64,000 nt of DNA, taken from an uncultured virus (IMG/VR IMGVR_UViG_3300032288_004063) (taxonomy: Duplodnaviria > Heunggongvirae > Uroviricota > Caudoviricetes). The notes beneath the pieces are model-generated. The model saw nothing but the letters and a program-made list of their open reading frames with translations. It had not been told where the DNA came from and searched no databases. Position 1 is the stretch's first letter, and the number at the start of each line of letters is the position of its first letter. The stretch lies in IMG/VR virus record IMGVR_UViG_3300032288_004063, one strand, 5' to 3'. This document shows, piece by piece, positions 56,529-64,000 of this stretch. The translations under genes were made by a program, and so were the position numbers.

Positions 56529-56549
56529 TCCATCATTCTATGATATCAT
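56521..56549 (+). promoter_or_regulatory. Extended -10 promoter for gp43 (predicted leaderless transcript)
   Basis: TTGTTT-17bp-TATCAT with TGn extension; ATG 7 nt downstream and no SD. Confidence 0.5.
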
Positions 56550-56555
56550 TCAATA

Positions 56556-59102
56556 ATGATGAATGATTTTTACACAAACGTTTCCGTTCTTGGAAACAAT
56601 ATTCTCTATCGTGGTGTAAGAGATGGTAAACGTGTTCGAGGTAAAATCGAATACAGACCGACTCTATATGTGCCATCGAAGAAACCAACAGAATACAGAA
56701 CTCTGCATGGCGACTATGTGGATACTGTTCGTCCTGGTGGTTTGAGAGACTGTCGTGAATTCGTTGACAAGTACAAGGATGTCAGCGGATTCACGATATA
56801 TGGCAATACCAACTATCAATATGCGTTCATATCGGATGCTCATCCGAATGATATTGATTGGGATATTGAAAAGATCAATATTGCTTTTCTTGATATTGAG
56901 GTTGCTTCCGAGAACGGTTTCCCAGATCCTAACGTTGCGAGTGAAGAGATTATTGCAATCACGATCAAGATTGATGGCAGCTACGTTACTCTAGGATGCA
57001 ATGATTTTGATTGTCCAGATGGCGTTGAGTATCTGAAATGTGAAAACGAAATTCAACTTCTCAAGAGATTTCTTGAACTCTGGACTTTGGTCTATCCTGA
57101 TATTGTTACTGGATGGAGTGTCAAGTTCTTTGATATTCCATATCTGGTCAATCGCATTAGCAGATTGCTTGGCGAAAAGGCGATGGCTACGCTATCTCCT
57201 TGGGGTCGCGTAAGCCAGAGAACAAATACAGTCATGGGTCGCGAGAAGGGATTCTATGATATTCTTGGAGTATCTACTCTGGACTATCTTGAACTCTATC
57301 GCTTGCCGTGGCGCGGAGCATCTCAGGAATCATACAAGCTAAATCACATTGCTAACATTGAAGTCGGTGAGAAGAAGATCTCGTATGAAGAATATGACAA
57401 TCTTCATCATTTATATCGCGAGAACTATCAAAAGTTCATAGAGTATAACATTCATGACGTTAAACTTGTTGAAAAGATTGACGACAAGCTAAAGTTAATT
57501 GAACTGGCACTTACTCTCGCATATGTTTCCAAGACGAATTATGAAGATATTTTCTCACAAGTTCGCATGTGGGATACACTCATCTATAATCATCTTCGCA
57601 CAAAAAACATCGTCATTCCGCCAAAGAACGACAATGTAAAGAATGCTGCTTATGAAGGTGCTTTTGTAAAGGATCCGATTATTGGTATGCATAACTGGAT
57701 GGCAAGTTTCGACTTGAACAGTCTATATCCCCATCTAATCATGCAATACAATCTTTCGCCAGAGACTCTTGTTGAACCACACACTTACACACACAAGATG
57801 ATTTCCATTTTATCGCAAAAGATAACAGTGGATCAATTGCTTAATCAAATGGTAAACACATCCGATCTCAAGGAAGAGAAAGTTACTCTAACGCCGAATA
57901 AGCAACTGTTTCGCGTGGACAAATATGGCTTTCTTCCAGAGATGATGCAGAAGATGTATGATGATCGTTCTGTGTACAAGAAGAAGGCAATCGAAGCCAA
58001 GAAAGAACTTGAAACCTGCAAGAATGAAGACGAAAGATACGAGATTGAAAAACGAATTGCCAGATATAACAATCTACAGTTGGCTAAGAAAGTTACGCTA
58101 AACTCATCTTACGGTGCAATGGGCAATCAGTATTTTCGATTCTTTGATATTCGTATTGCTGAAGCAATCACGCTTGCCGGACAATTGTCTATTCGTTGGA
58201 TTGAATTGCGTATCAATGAATACATGAATAAGTTGTTGAAGACGGAGAATGTCGATTATGTCGTTGCATTGGATACAGACAGTATTTACCTTACGCTTGA
58301 CGAAATTGTACGTCGGGCTTTTGCGGACAGTTTTGAAGCAACAGCAGCTTCACGAATCATCGCCTTCATGGATAAGATCTGTGAAAATAAGATTCAACCT
58401 TTTATTGATCAAAGCTATAACAATCTTGCTGACTATGTAAACGCATATGCTCAAAAGATGCAGATGAAGCGAGAAGCATTGGCTGATCGTGGAATTTGGA
58501 CTGCGAAAAAACGCTACATCATGAACGTCTATAACAATGAAGGCGTTCAATATGCAAAGCCAAAGTTGAAGGTGATGGGTCTGGAAATGATCAAGTCATC
58601 GACTCCTTCTGCTATTCGCGAGAAAATGAAGGATGTGATTGAACTTATTCTTCAAGGCACGGAAAGCGATGTCCAGAACTTCATTGAGAATTTTCGCAAG
58701 GAGTTTTCAAAGTTGCCGCCAGAAGAAATCTCTTTTCCTCGTGGCGTCAATGGACTAAAAGAATATTCGGATCCCGCATCCATCTACAAAAAGGGTACGC
58801 CAATTCATGTCAAGGGTGCGTTGATCTATAACAATCTTTTGGACAAGAAGCAGCTATCAAAGAAGTATCCAAAGATACAAGAAGGAGAAAAGCTACGATT
58901 TACATACCTGAAGCTACCAAACATAGTAAACGAAACTGTCATCTCATATCCCGGTCGTCTTCCTCAAGAATTCGATCTACATAGATTCGTAGACTATGAT
59001 ATGCAGTTTGAAAAAGCATTCATTGAACCGATCAAGATCATTCTCGATTGCGTTGGATGGAAGACAGAAGAGGCTTCAGACTTGACATCTTTCTTTAGTT
59101 GA
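56556..59102 (+). CDS. gp43: Family B DNA polymerase gp43
   Basis: Exonuclease DIE and FDIPY; polymerase DLNSLYP, KVTLNSSYG, DTDS, KKRY; C-terminal clamp-binding DLTSFF. Confidence 0.98.
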   Translation: MMNDFYTNVSVLGNNILYRGVRDGKRVRGKIEYRPTLYVPSKKPTEYRTLHGDYVDTVRPGGLRDCREFVDKYKDVSGFTIYGNTNYQYAFISDAHPNDIDWDIEKINIAFLDIEVASENGFPDPNVASEEIIAITIKIDGSYVTLGCNDFDCPDGVEYLKCENEIQLLKRFLELWTLVYPDIVTGWSVKFFDIPYLVNRISRLLGEKAMATLSPWGRVSQRTNTVMGREKGFYDILGVSTLDYLELYRLPWRGASQESYKLNHIANIEVGEKKISYEEYDNLHHLYRENYQKFIEYNIHDVKLVEKIDDKLKLIELALTLAYVSKTNYEDIFSQVRMWDTLIYNHLRTKNIVIPPKNDNVKNAAYEGAFVKDPIIGMHNWMASFDLNSLYPHLIMQYNLSPETLVEPHTYTHKMISILSQKITVDQLLNQMVNTSDLKEEKVTLTPNKQLFRVDKYGFLPEMMQKMYDDRSVYKKKAIEAKKELETCKNEDERYEIEKRIARYNNLQLAKKVTLNSSYGAMGNQYFRFFDIRIAEAITLAGQLSIRWIELRINEYMNKLLKTENVDYVVALDTDSIYLTLDEIVRRAFADSFEATAASRIIAFMDKICENKIQPFIDQSYNNLADYVNAYAQKMQMKREALADRGIWTAKKRYIMNVYNNEGVQYAKPKLKVMGLEMIKSSTPSAIREKMKDVIELILQGTESDVQNFIENFRKEFSKLPPEEISFPRGVNGLKEYSDPASIYKKGTPIHVKGALIYNNLLDKKQLSKKYPKIQEGEKLRFTYLKLPNIVNETVISYPGRLPQEFDLHRFVDYDMQFEKAFIEPIKIILDCVGWKTEEASDLTSFFS

Positions 59103-59110
59103 TATAAAAT
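59082..59110 (+). promoter_or_regulatory. Sigma70-type promoter for uvsX
   Basis: TTGACA-17bp-TAAAAT. Confidence 0.7.
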
Positions 59111-59134
59111 ACAATATATTTGAAGGAGTTTTGA

Positions 59135-60187
59135 ATGAATAACATTTTTTCCGATCTAATCAAAGAAGCTGGTAATGAATATGCAGCTCTCGTTGATGAT
59201 GGCATTGAAGCTGGTGACGTAACAGGATATATCGGCACTGGTTCATATGCACTAAATGCTCTATTGTCCGGCTCAATTTATGGCGGTTTGCCTGACAACA
59301 AGATCATAGCACTTGCTGGTGAACCTGGTACGGGAAAGACATTCTACGCATTGAATGTGGTCAAACAGTTTCTCATCGATAATCCAAACGGCGGAGTAAT
59401 GTATTTTGAGTCTGAATCCGCCTTGACGAAGCAGATGTTCATTGATCGTGATATCGATGCTCGTCGTGTTCATATCATTCCGGTTACGACGATTCAAGAA
59501 TTCCGCACACAATGCGTGAAGATCCTTGACAAGTATATGGAGACGCCAGCTGCTAATCGTCCTCCAATGATCATGGTTCTTGACTCTCTTGGTAATCTTT
59601 CGACCGAGAAAGAAATTGCCGATATCACCGAGGGTAAAGACACGCGAGATATGACGAGAGCGCAGCTTATTCGTGGTGCATTTCGCGTCATTACGTTGAA
59701 GCTTGGTAAAGCCAAGGTAGCTTTGCTGGTCACCAATCATACATATGATGTTGTTGGCTCATATGTGCCAACCAAAAAGATGGGCGGCGGTTCGGGTCTT
59801 GAATATGCAGCATCCACGATTATCTTTTTTTCAAAGAAAAAGGAAAAGGTGGACAACGAGGTTGTTGGTAATATCGTCAAGTGCAAGCTACAAAAGAGCC
59901 GTTTGACGATTGCAGACAAGATTGTCGAGACACTTCTTCGCTATGAGACTGGTGTTGACAAGTACTATGGTCTGTTGGATCTCGCGCTGAAGTTTGGTAT
60001 CATCAAGAAGGTATCTACTCGTCTAGAGCTACCAAATGGAACCAAGTTGTTTGAAAAGAATATTCTAGAAAATCCAGAGAAGTATTTCACGCAAGAGATC
60101 CTTGATCAAATCAACGAACATTGCGCGAATGAATTTTTATATGGCAAGACAAAGGTGACGGAAGATGGTGACGAAAGCGATCAGTAA
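59135..60187 (+). CDS. uvsX: RecA-like recombinase UvsX
   Basis: [38 protein letters not shown] motifs. Confidence 0.96.
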   Translation: MNNIFSDLIKEAGNEYAALVDDGIEAGDVTGYIGTGSYALNALLSGSIYGGLPDNKIIALAGEPGTGKTFYALNVVKQFLIDNPNGGVMYFESESALTKQMFIDRDIDARRVHIIPVTTIQEFRTQCVKILDKYMETPAANRPPMIMVLDSLGNLSTEKEIADITEGKDTRDMTRAQLIRGAFRVITLKLGKAKVALLVTNHTYDVVGSYVPTKKMGGGSGLEYAASTIIFFSKKKEKVDNEVVGNIVKCKLQKSRLTIADKIVETLLRYETGVDKYYGLLDLALKFGIIKKVSTRLELPNGTKLFEKNILENPEKYFTQEILDQINEHCANEFLYGKTKVTEDGDESDQ

Positions 60188-60587
60188 GTTATTCAAGAAG
60201 ACTATGGTCATCGACAAGGACTTTGATATTGATCCTGACCATAATAATGAAAACGACGGTAGGATGGTGGCTCTAAAGATTCTTACTGGGAAATACAAGG
60301 GTGTGTCATTTAGATTTGGAAAAGTTAGCGTGGCTGACAAGGAAAATGCAGATGGCACATATACAATTGACTTCGACTATGATATAATAACTCCAGGTAA
60401 ACATGATCCGAATAAACTTCGGGACAATCAAAAATTCACGGATACACTTGGCGCAATCCTGAATGCGATCATAATCGCTGGTATAGAAAGAGAGGCGAAG
60501 GAACATGAAGAGACTGGAGACAACCATATTGAAGAACCTGACACAAAACGAAGAGTACGCAAGAAAGGTTCTACCGTTTCTAAGTGA
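60165..60587 (+). CDS. Hypothetical protein in the gp40 position
   Basis: Lies between uvsX and gp41; [13 protein letters not shown] motif. Confidence 0.5.
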   Translation: MVTKAISKLFKKTMVIDKDFDIDPDHNNENDGRMVALKILTGKYKGVSFRFGKVSVADKENADGTYTIDFDYDIITPGKHDPNKLRDNQKFTDTLGAILNAIIIAGIEREAKEHEETGDNHIEEPDTKRRVRKKGSTVSK

Positions 60588-61920
60588 TTCATACTTCACC
60601 GATAGATCGGAGAAGCTTGTATTCCAGCATGTAAAGGAATTCATTCTGCAATACAATGCTCTTCCGACTCTAGAGGCTCTTCATATCAACATCAATAATC
60701 TTTCAAATTTGAAAGAGGAAGAACTCAAGTCTGCAATCAATGTAATTGGTAGCATTGAAGACATCAAGGAAGAGAAGAGCGAGCAGCAGTGGTTGGTTGA
60801 CAAGACCGAGAAGTTTTGTCAAGAGAAAGCCATCTATAATGCTGTTCTTGAATCGATTGGTATTCTTGATCAAAACTCCAAGTCTACAAAAGACAAGGGT
60901 GCCATTCCTCAAATTCTTTCCGATGCACTCGCAGTCAGCTTTGATAGTCATGTCGGCCATGATTATTTGAATGACTCGGATGCACGATATGACTTCTATC
61001 ACAAGACGGAAAAGAAGATTCCTTTTGATCTTGATTTCATGAACAAGATTACGAAGGGCGGTCTACCAGCAAAGACTCTAAACATCTTTCTTGCTGGTAC
61101 TGGTGTCGGTAAATCGTTGTTCATGTGCCATGTCGCATCAGCGTGTCTGGTTCAGGGATACAATGTTCTATATGTCACCATGGAAATGGCTGAAGAGAAG
61201 ATTGCGGAACGTATTGATGCAAATCTACTCAACGTAACTCTTGATGATCTATCTTCTCTTCCAAAAGATGTCTATGACAAGAAGGTCGAGAAGGTTCGTC
61301 GCAGTACAGTTGGCAAGTTGATCATCAAGGAATATCCAACTGCTCTTGCTTCCACCACTCATTTCAGAACATTGTTGAATGAGTTGATGCTAAAGAAGAG
61401 TTTTCGTCCAGATATAATATTCATCGACTACTTGAATATTTGCTGTTCAGCCAGAGTGAAACCCGGATCAAATATCAATTCGTATACCTATATCAAGGCG
61501 ATTGCCGAAGAACTTCGTGGTCTGGCAGTCGAGTTCAAGGTTCCTATTGTATCGGCTACGCAGACAACCAGATCTGGCTTTGCTAGCACGGATGTCGAGT
61601 TGACTGATACTTCAGAATCGTTTGGTCTTCCTGCGACAGCAGACTTCATGGCAGCTTTGATTTCTACTGAAGAGTTGGAAGCATTGAACCAGATCATGGT
61701 CAAGCAATTGAAGAATCGATATAATGATCCGACAGCAAACAAGAGATTTGTCTTGGGGATTGATCGTGCAAAGATGCGTTTGTATGATGTTGAACAATCC
61801 GCACAAGATGATATTCAAGATTCGGGACAACGGAAAGGAATCGATGATGCTACTGCAAGCAAGCTAATGAATTCTTCATTTGATAAAAGCAAATTCAAAA
61901 ACTCAGGATTGAAGGTGTAA
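60505..61920 (+). CDS. gp41: Replicative DNA helicase gp41
   Basis: AGTGVGKS, TMEMAEE, IDYL, SATQTTR, SESFGLPATAD, KNRY motifs. Confidence 0.97.
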   Translation: MKRLETTILKNLTQNEEYARKVLPFLSDSYFTDRSEKLVFQHVKEFILQYNALPTLEALHININNLSNLKEEELKSAINVIGSIEDIKEEKSEQQWLVDKTEKFCQEKAIYNAVLESIGILDQNSKSTKDKGAIPQILSDALAVSFDSHVGHDYLNDSDARYDFYHKTEKKIPFDLDFMNKITKGGLPAKTLNIFLAGTGVGKSLFMCHVASACLVQGYNVLYVTMEMAEEKIAERIDANLLNVTLDDLSSLPKDVYDKKVEKVRRSTVGKLIIKEYPTALASTTHFRTLLNELMLKKSFRPDIIFIDYLNICCSARVKPGSNINSYTYIKAIAEELRGLAVEFKVPIVSATQTTRSGFASTDVELTDTSESFGLPATADFMAALISTEELEALNQIMVKQLKNRYNDPTANKRFVLGIDRAKMRLYDVEQSAQDDIQDSGQRKGIDDATASKLMNSSFDKSKFKNSGLKV

Positions 61921-61921
61921 T

Positions 61922-62113
61922 ATGGCAATTGAAAATTACTATTATGAACTTGTTCAGCAGAATGATGATACGTTTACATGGAATGTAATTGAGACGCAAA
62001 CCCAACAGACAATCGCAGCATTCATATTTGAAGACGATGCAATTTCAATGCTCATGCATCTCATGTCTGGTGGAGGCTTTGACGGATTCACGCCTCGCTT
62101 TTTTGTAACATAA
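61922..62113 (+). CDS. Hypothetical protein
   Basis: 63 aa ending GGGFDGFTPRFF. Confidence 0.55.
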   Translation: MAIENYYYELVQQNDDTFTWNVIETQTQQTIAAFIFEDDAISMLMHLMSGGGFDGFTPRFFVT

Positions 62114-62114
62114 C

Positions 62115-62699
62115 ATGTTCATCTTCAATACTCTCATTCTTCTTCTCAATGGCATAGACATACCAAAGGGTACGACAAAAGCCATTGAGTTGAAGAAGAG
62201 AGTATCAAAGTTGTTCGATAACGTAAAATTCAATATTGAAAGAGCTAGTAATCTAGATAATGAAGATTACACTATTGCAGGATTCTATATTGAGGAGCTG
62301 CAAAAGATAGAAATACTATTGATCATACCAAAGAAAAGCAAGGGAATGATCAACATAGAAGATCCAGATCAGTTCAGGTTTTATCTTGCACAAACGATAC
62401 AGCATGAGTACATACACCATCAGCAATACTTGAAGAGAGACGAACTGCCTACCGATTCATTTTCAATGTGTCGAACGGGTAGCAAGGAGAGGCAATATTT
62501 AGCCGAAAGAGATGAAATCGATGCATACTCTTATGACATCGCTATTGAGGTGCATAGATATGGATGGGACAATTCTCAAACATTGAAAATATACAAGAAG
62601 CAATTTGAAAGCCATCATCCCGTGATGAAAAGATTGCTAAAGAAGACATATAAGAATTTGGGAGTATTGAATGGAAAACTTAGAAGAGTTGATGCGTAG
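62115..62699 (+). CDS. Hypothetical HExxH zincin-like protein
   Basis: QHEYIHHQQ followed by YLAERDEIDAY. Confidence 0.5.
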   Translation: MFIFNTLILLLNGIDIPKGTTKAIELKKRVSKLFDNVKFNIERASNLDNEDYTIAGFYIEELQKIEILLIIPKKSKGMINIEDPDQFRFYLAQTIQHEYIHHQQYLKRDELPTDSFSMCRTGSKERQYLAERDEIDAYSYDIAIEVHRYGWDNSQTLKIYKKQFESHHPVMKRLLKKTYKNLGVLNGKLRRVDA

Positions 62700-62877
62700 C
62701 ACGATGGATGAAGCGCATGTTATGTTGAATCGTGCTAAAAGTCGCGAAGAGTTCATGGCTATAAATGGTTCACTTTTAGCTGTGGTTCAAGGCATGTATG
62801 TCAAATTCATGGGAAATCAATCTACGGCTCAGTTGTTTTATTCTATAGCAGATAAGTTGGCTACTACGAAAGACTAA
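62671..62877 (+). CDS. Hypothetical protein
   Basis: 68 aa, GGGAG RBS. Confidence 0.5.
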   Translation: MENLEELMRSTMDEAHVMLNRAKSREEFMAINGSLLAVVQGMYVKFMGNQSTAQLFYSIADKLATTKD

Positions 62878-62902
62878 ATATTGAGTAATCTTGGAGATAT
62901 GG

Positions 62903-64000
62903 ATGACTCAATATAGAATTGATACGCACGAATTTTGGGGTGCGAACAAGACAATATACGAAGTGAATTTGACGACAGACATGTATGGAAATGTCATACC
63001 GGGTGGTAATCCGTCGGGAATGGCAGTAGATGCATTTGGTCGTTCAAGAGTCTCTACTCCACTAACACTATTCGACTCATCTCATAGATACAACGACAAT
63101 GGACTATGGGCGACATCAAACTCCAGCGGAACTACAGTTACGTTTGACGGAAATGCGGGTCTAATCAATTTGGCTTTGCCCACGACTGCGAATGCCGAAA
63201 TTATTCGTGAAACGACGAAAGTATTTTCATATCAGCCAGGAAAGTCTCTTCAGATTTTAAACACGTTTGTCCTTAATCCTGCACAAACAAATTTGCGTCA
63301 GAGGATTGGTTATTTTGGTGCAAACAACGGAATATATCTAGAACTAGACGGATCTAATCTATATTTTGTAGAAAGAAATTATATTAGCGGAACACTAGGC
63401 GAGACGCGAGTTGCACAAGCTGATTGGAATATTGATACACTTCTAGGTAATGTAACGTCGAGTCCATCTAAAATAACGTTAGACATAACTAAAGCGCAAA
63501 TCATGTTCACTGACATCGAATGGCTTGGACTTGGAACTGTACGATGTGGATTTGTCATTGATGGTAGATTTATTCATTGTCATTCATTTCATCATGCAAA
63601 TCTCATAGCATCCACGTACATGACAACAGCATCACTTCCGTTTAGATTGGAAATAAAGAACAATAACGGCGCTACTGCTAATTCAAGTGTAATGAAACAG
63701 GTTTGTTCTTCTGCAATATCTGAAGGTGGGTATGAACTTCGCGGAGCACAGCAAGCAATTTCTATTCCGATAACGGCTCCAACAGATCTACCAACAGCAG
63801 GAACTTATTATCCTGTAATTTCCATACGATTAAAAACATCCCCTAATAGATTGGACGCGATTGTCATTTTGACAGCACTTTCTATTCTAGGTATCACGAA
63901 TAACTGCAATTACAACTGGCAAGTAGTTACTAATGGAACAACTACTGGTGGAACTTGGGTGAGTGCTGGAGCTACTAGTGCTGTTGAATATAACATAACA
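62903..64000 (+). CDS. Putative virion structural protein (3'-truncated, absent from the ORF track)
   Basis: MTQYRIDTHEFWG...DAFGRSRVSTPLTLFDS...YQPGKS..., open to the window end; GGAG RBS; ACTAAATA late-promoter-like site at 62873. Confidence 0.6.
   Translation, partial: MTQYRIDTHEFWGANKTIYEVNLTTDMYGNVIPGGNPSGMAVDAFGRSRVSTPLTLFDSSHRYNDNGLWATSNSSGTTVTFDGNAGLINLALPTTANAEIIRETTKVFSYQPGKSLQILNTFVLNPAQTNLRQRIGYFGANNGIYLELDGSNLYFVERNYISGTLGETRVAQADWNIDTLLGNVTSSPSKITLDITKAQIMFTDIEWLGLGTVRCGFVIDGRFIHCHSFHHANLIASTYMTTASLPFRLEIKNNNGATANSSVMKQVCSSAISEGGYELRGAQQAISIPITAPTDLPTAGTYYPVISIRLKTSPNRLDAIVILTALSILGITNNCNYNWQVVTNGTTTGGTWVSAGATSAVEYNIT

Noticed and set aside
1..64000. The many short minus-strand and alternate-frame ORFs in the track
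   Set aside because: They are shadows of well-supported + strand genes and have no motifs; only 26163-26741 is credible on the minus strand.
1..64000. tRNA, rRNA, CRISPR array, integrase or inteins
   Set aside because: Intergenic gaps are short with no cloverleaf or repeat-spacer pattern seen; gp17, gp41, gp43 and UvsW have normal lengths.

Overview
This 64 kb window is part of a T4-like (myovirus) phage genome, almost all on the + strand. Tail-fibre and structural genes (1-5.5 kb) lead into the conserved morphogenesis block gp13-14-15-16-17-18-19-20-67-68-21-22-23-3. Next come uvsY, uvsW, gp55 and gp47/46, an antisense GIY-YIG homing endonuclease, and a peptide deformylase. After these are a three-gene putative DNA hypermodification operon, a CobT/VWA + CobS/AAA early module, and replication genes (gp1, gp45, dsbA, gp44, gp62, regA, dUTPase). 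Hsp20, two tandem AdoMet decarboxylase homologues and a ~13 kb nucleotide-sugar/glycosyltransferase cluster follow, then gp43, uvsX and gp41. The strongest candidate for a novel system is 27972-30671: a C5 cytosine methyltransferase whose motif X reads GR instead of GN, coupled to a glutaminase-less asparagine-synthetase-like amide ligase and a CmoA-like carboxy-SAM synthase. Together these predict carboxymethyl-cytosine, then amidated, in phage DNA. Other notable signals: the homing endonuclease apparently replaced the gp46 C-terminus and stranded the original one downstream; there is a ROSE-type RNA thermometer on hsp20; two mRNAs look leaderless; and a promoter-proximal hairpin/pseudoknot precedes an HTH gene. 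All calls come from visual motif recognition and synteny; no searches were run.
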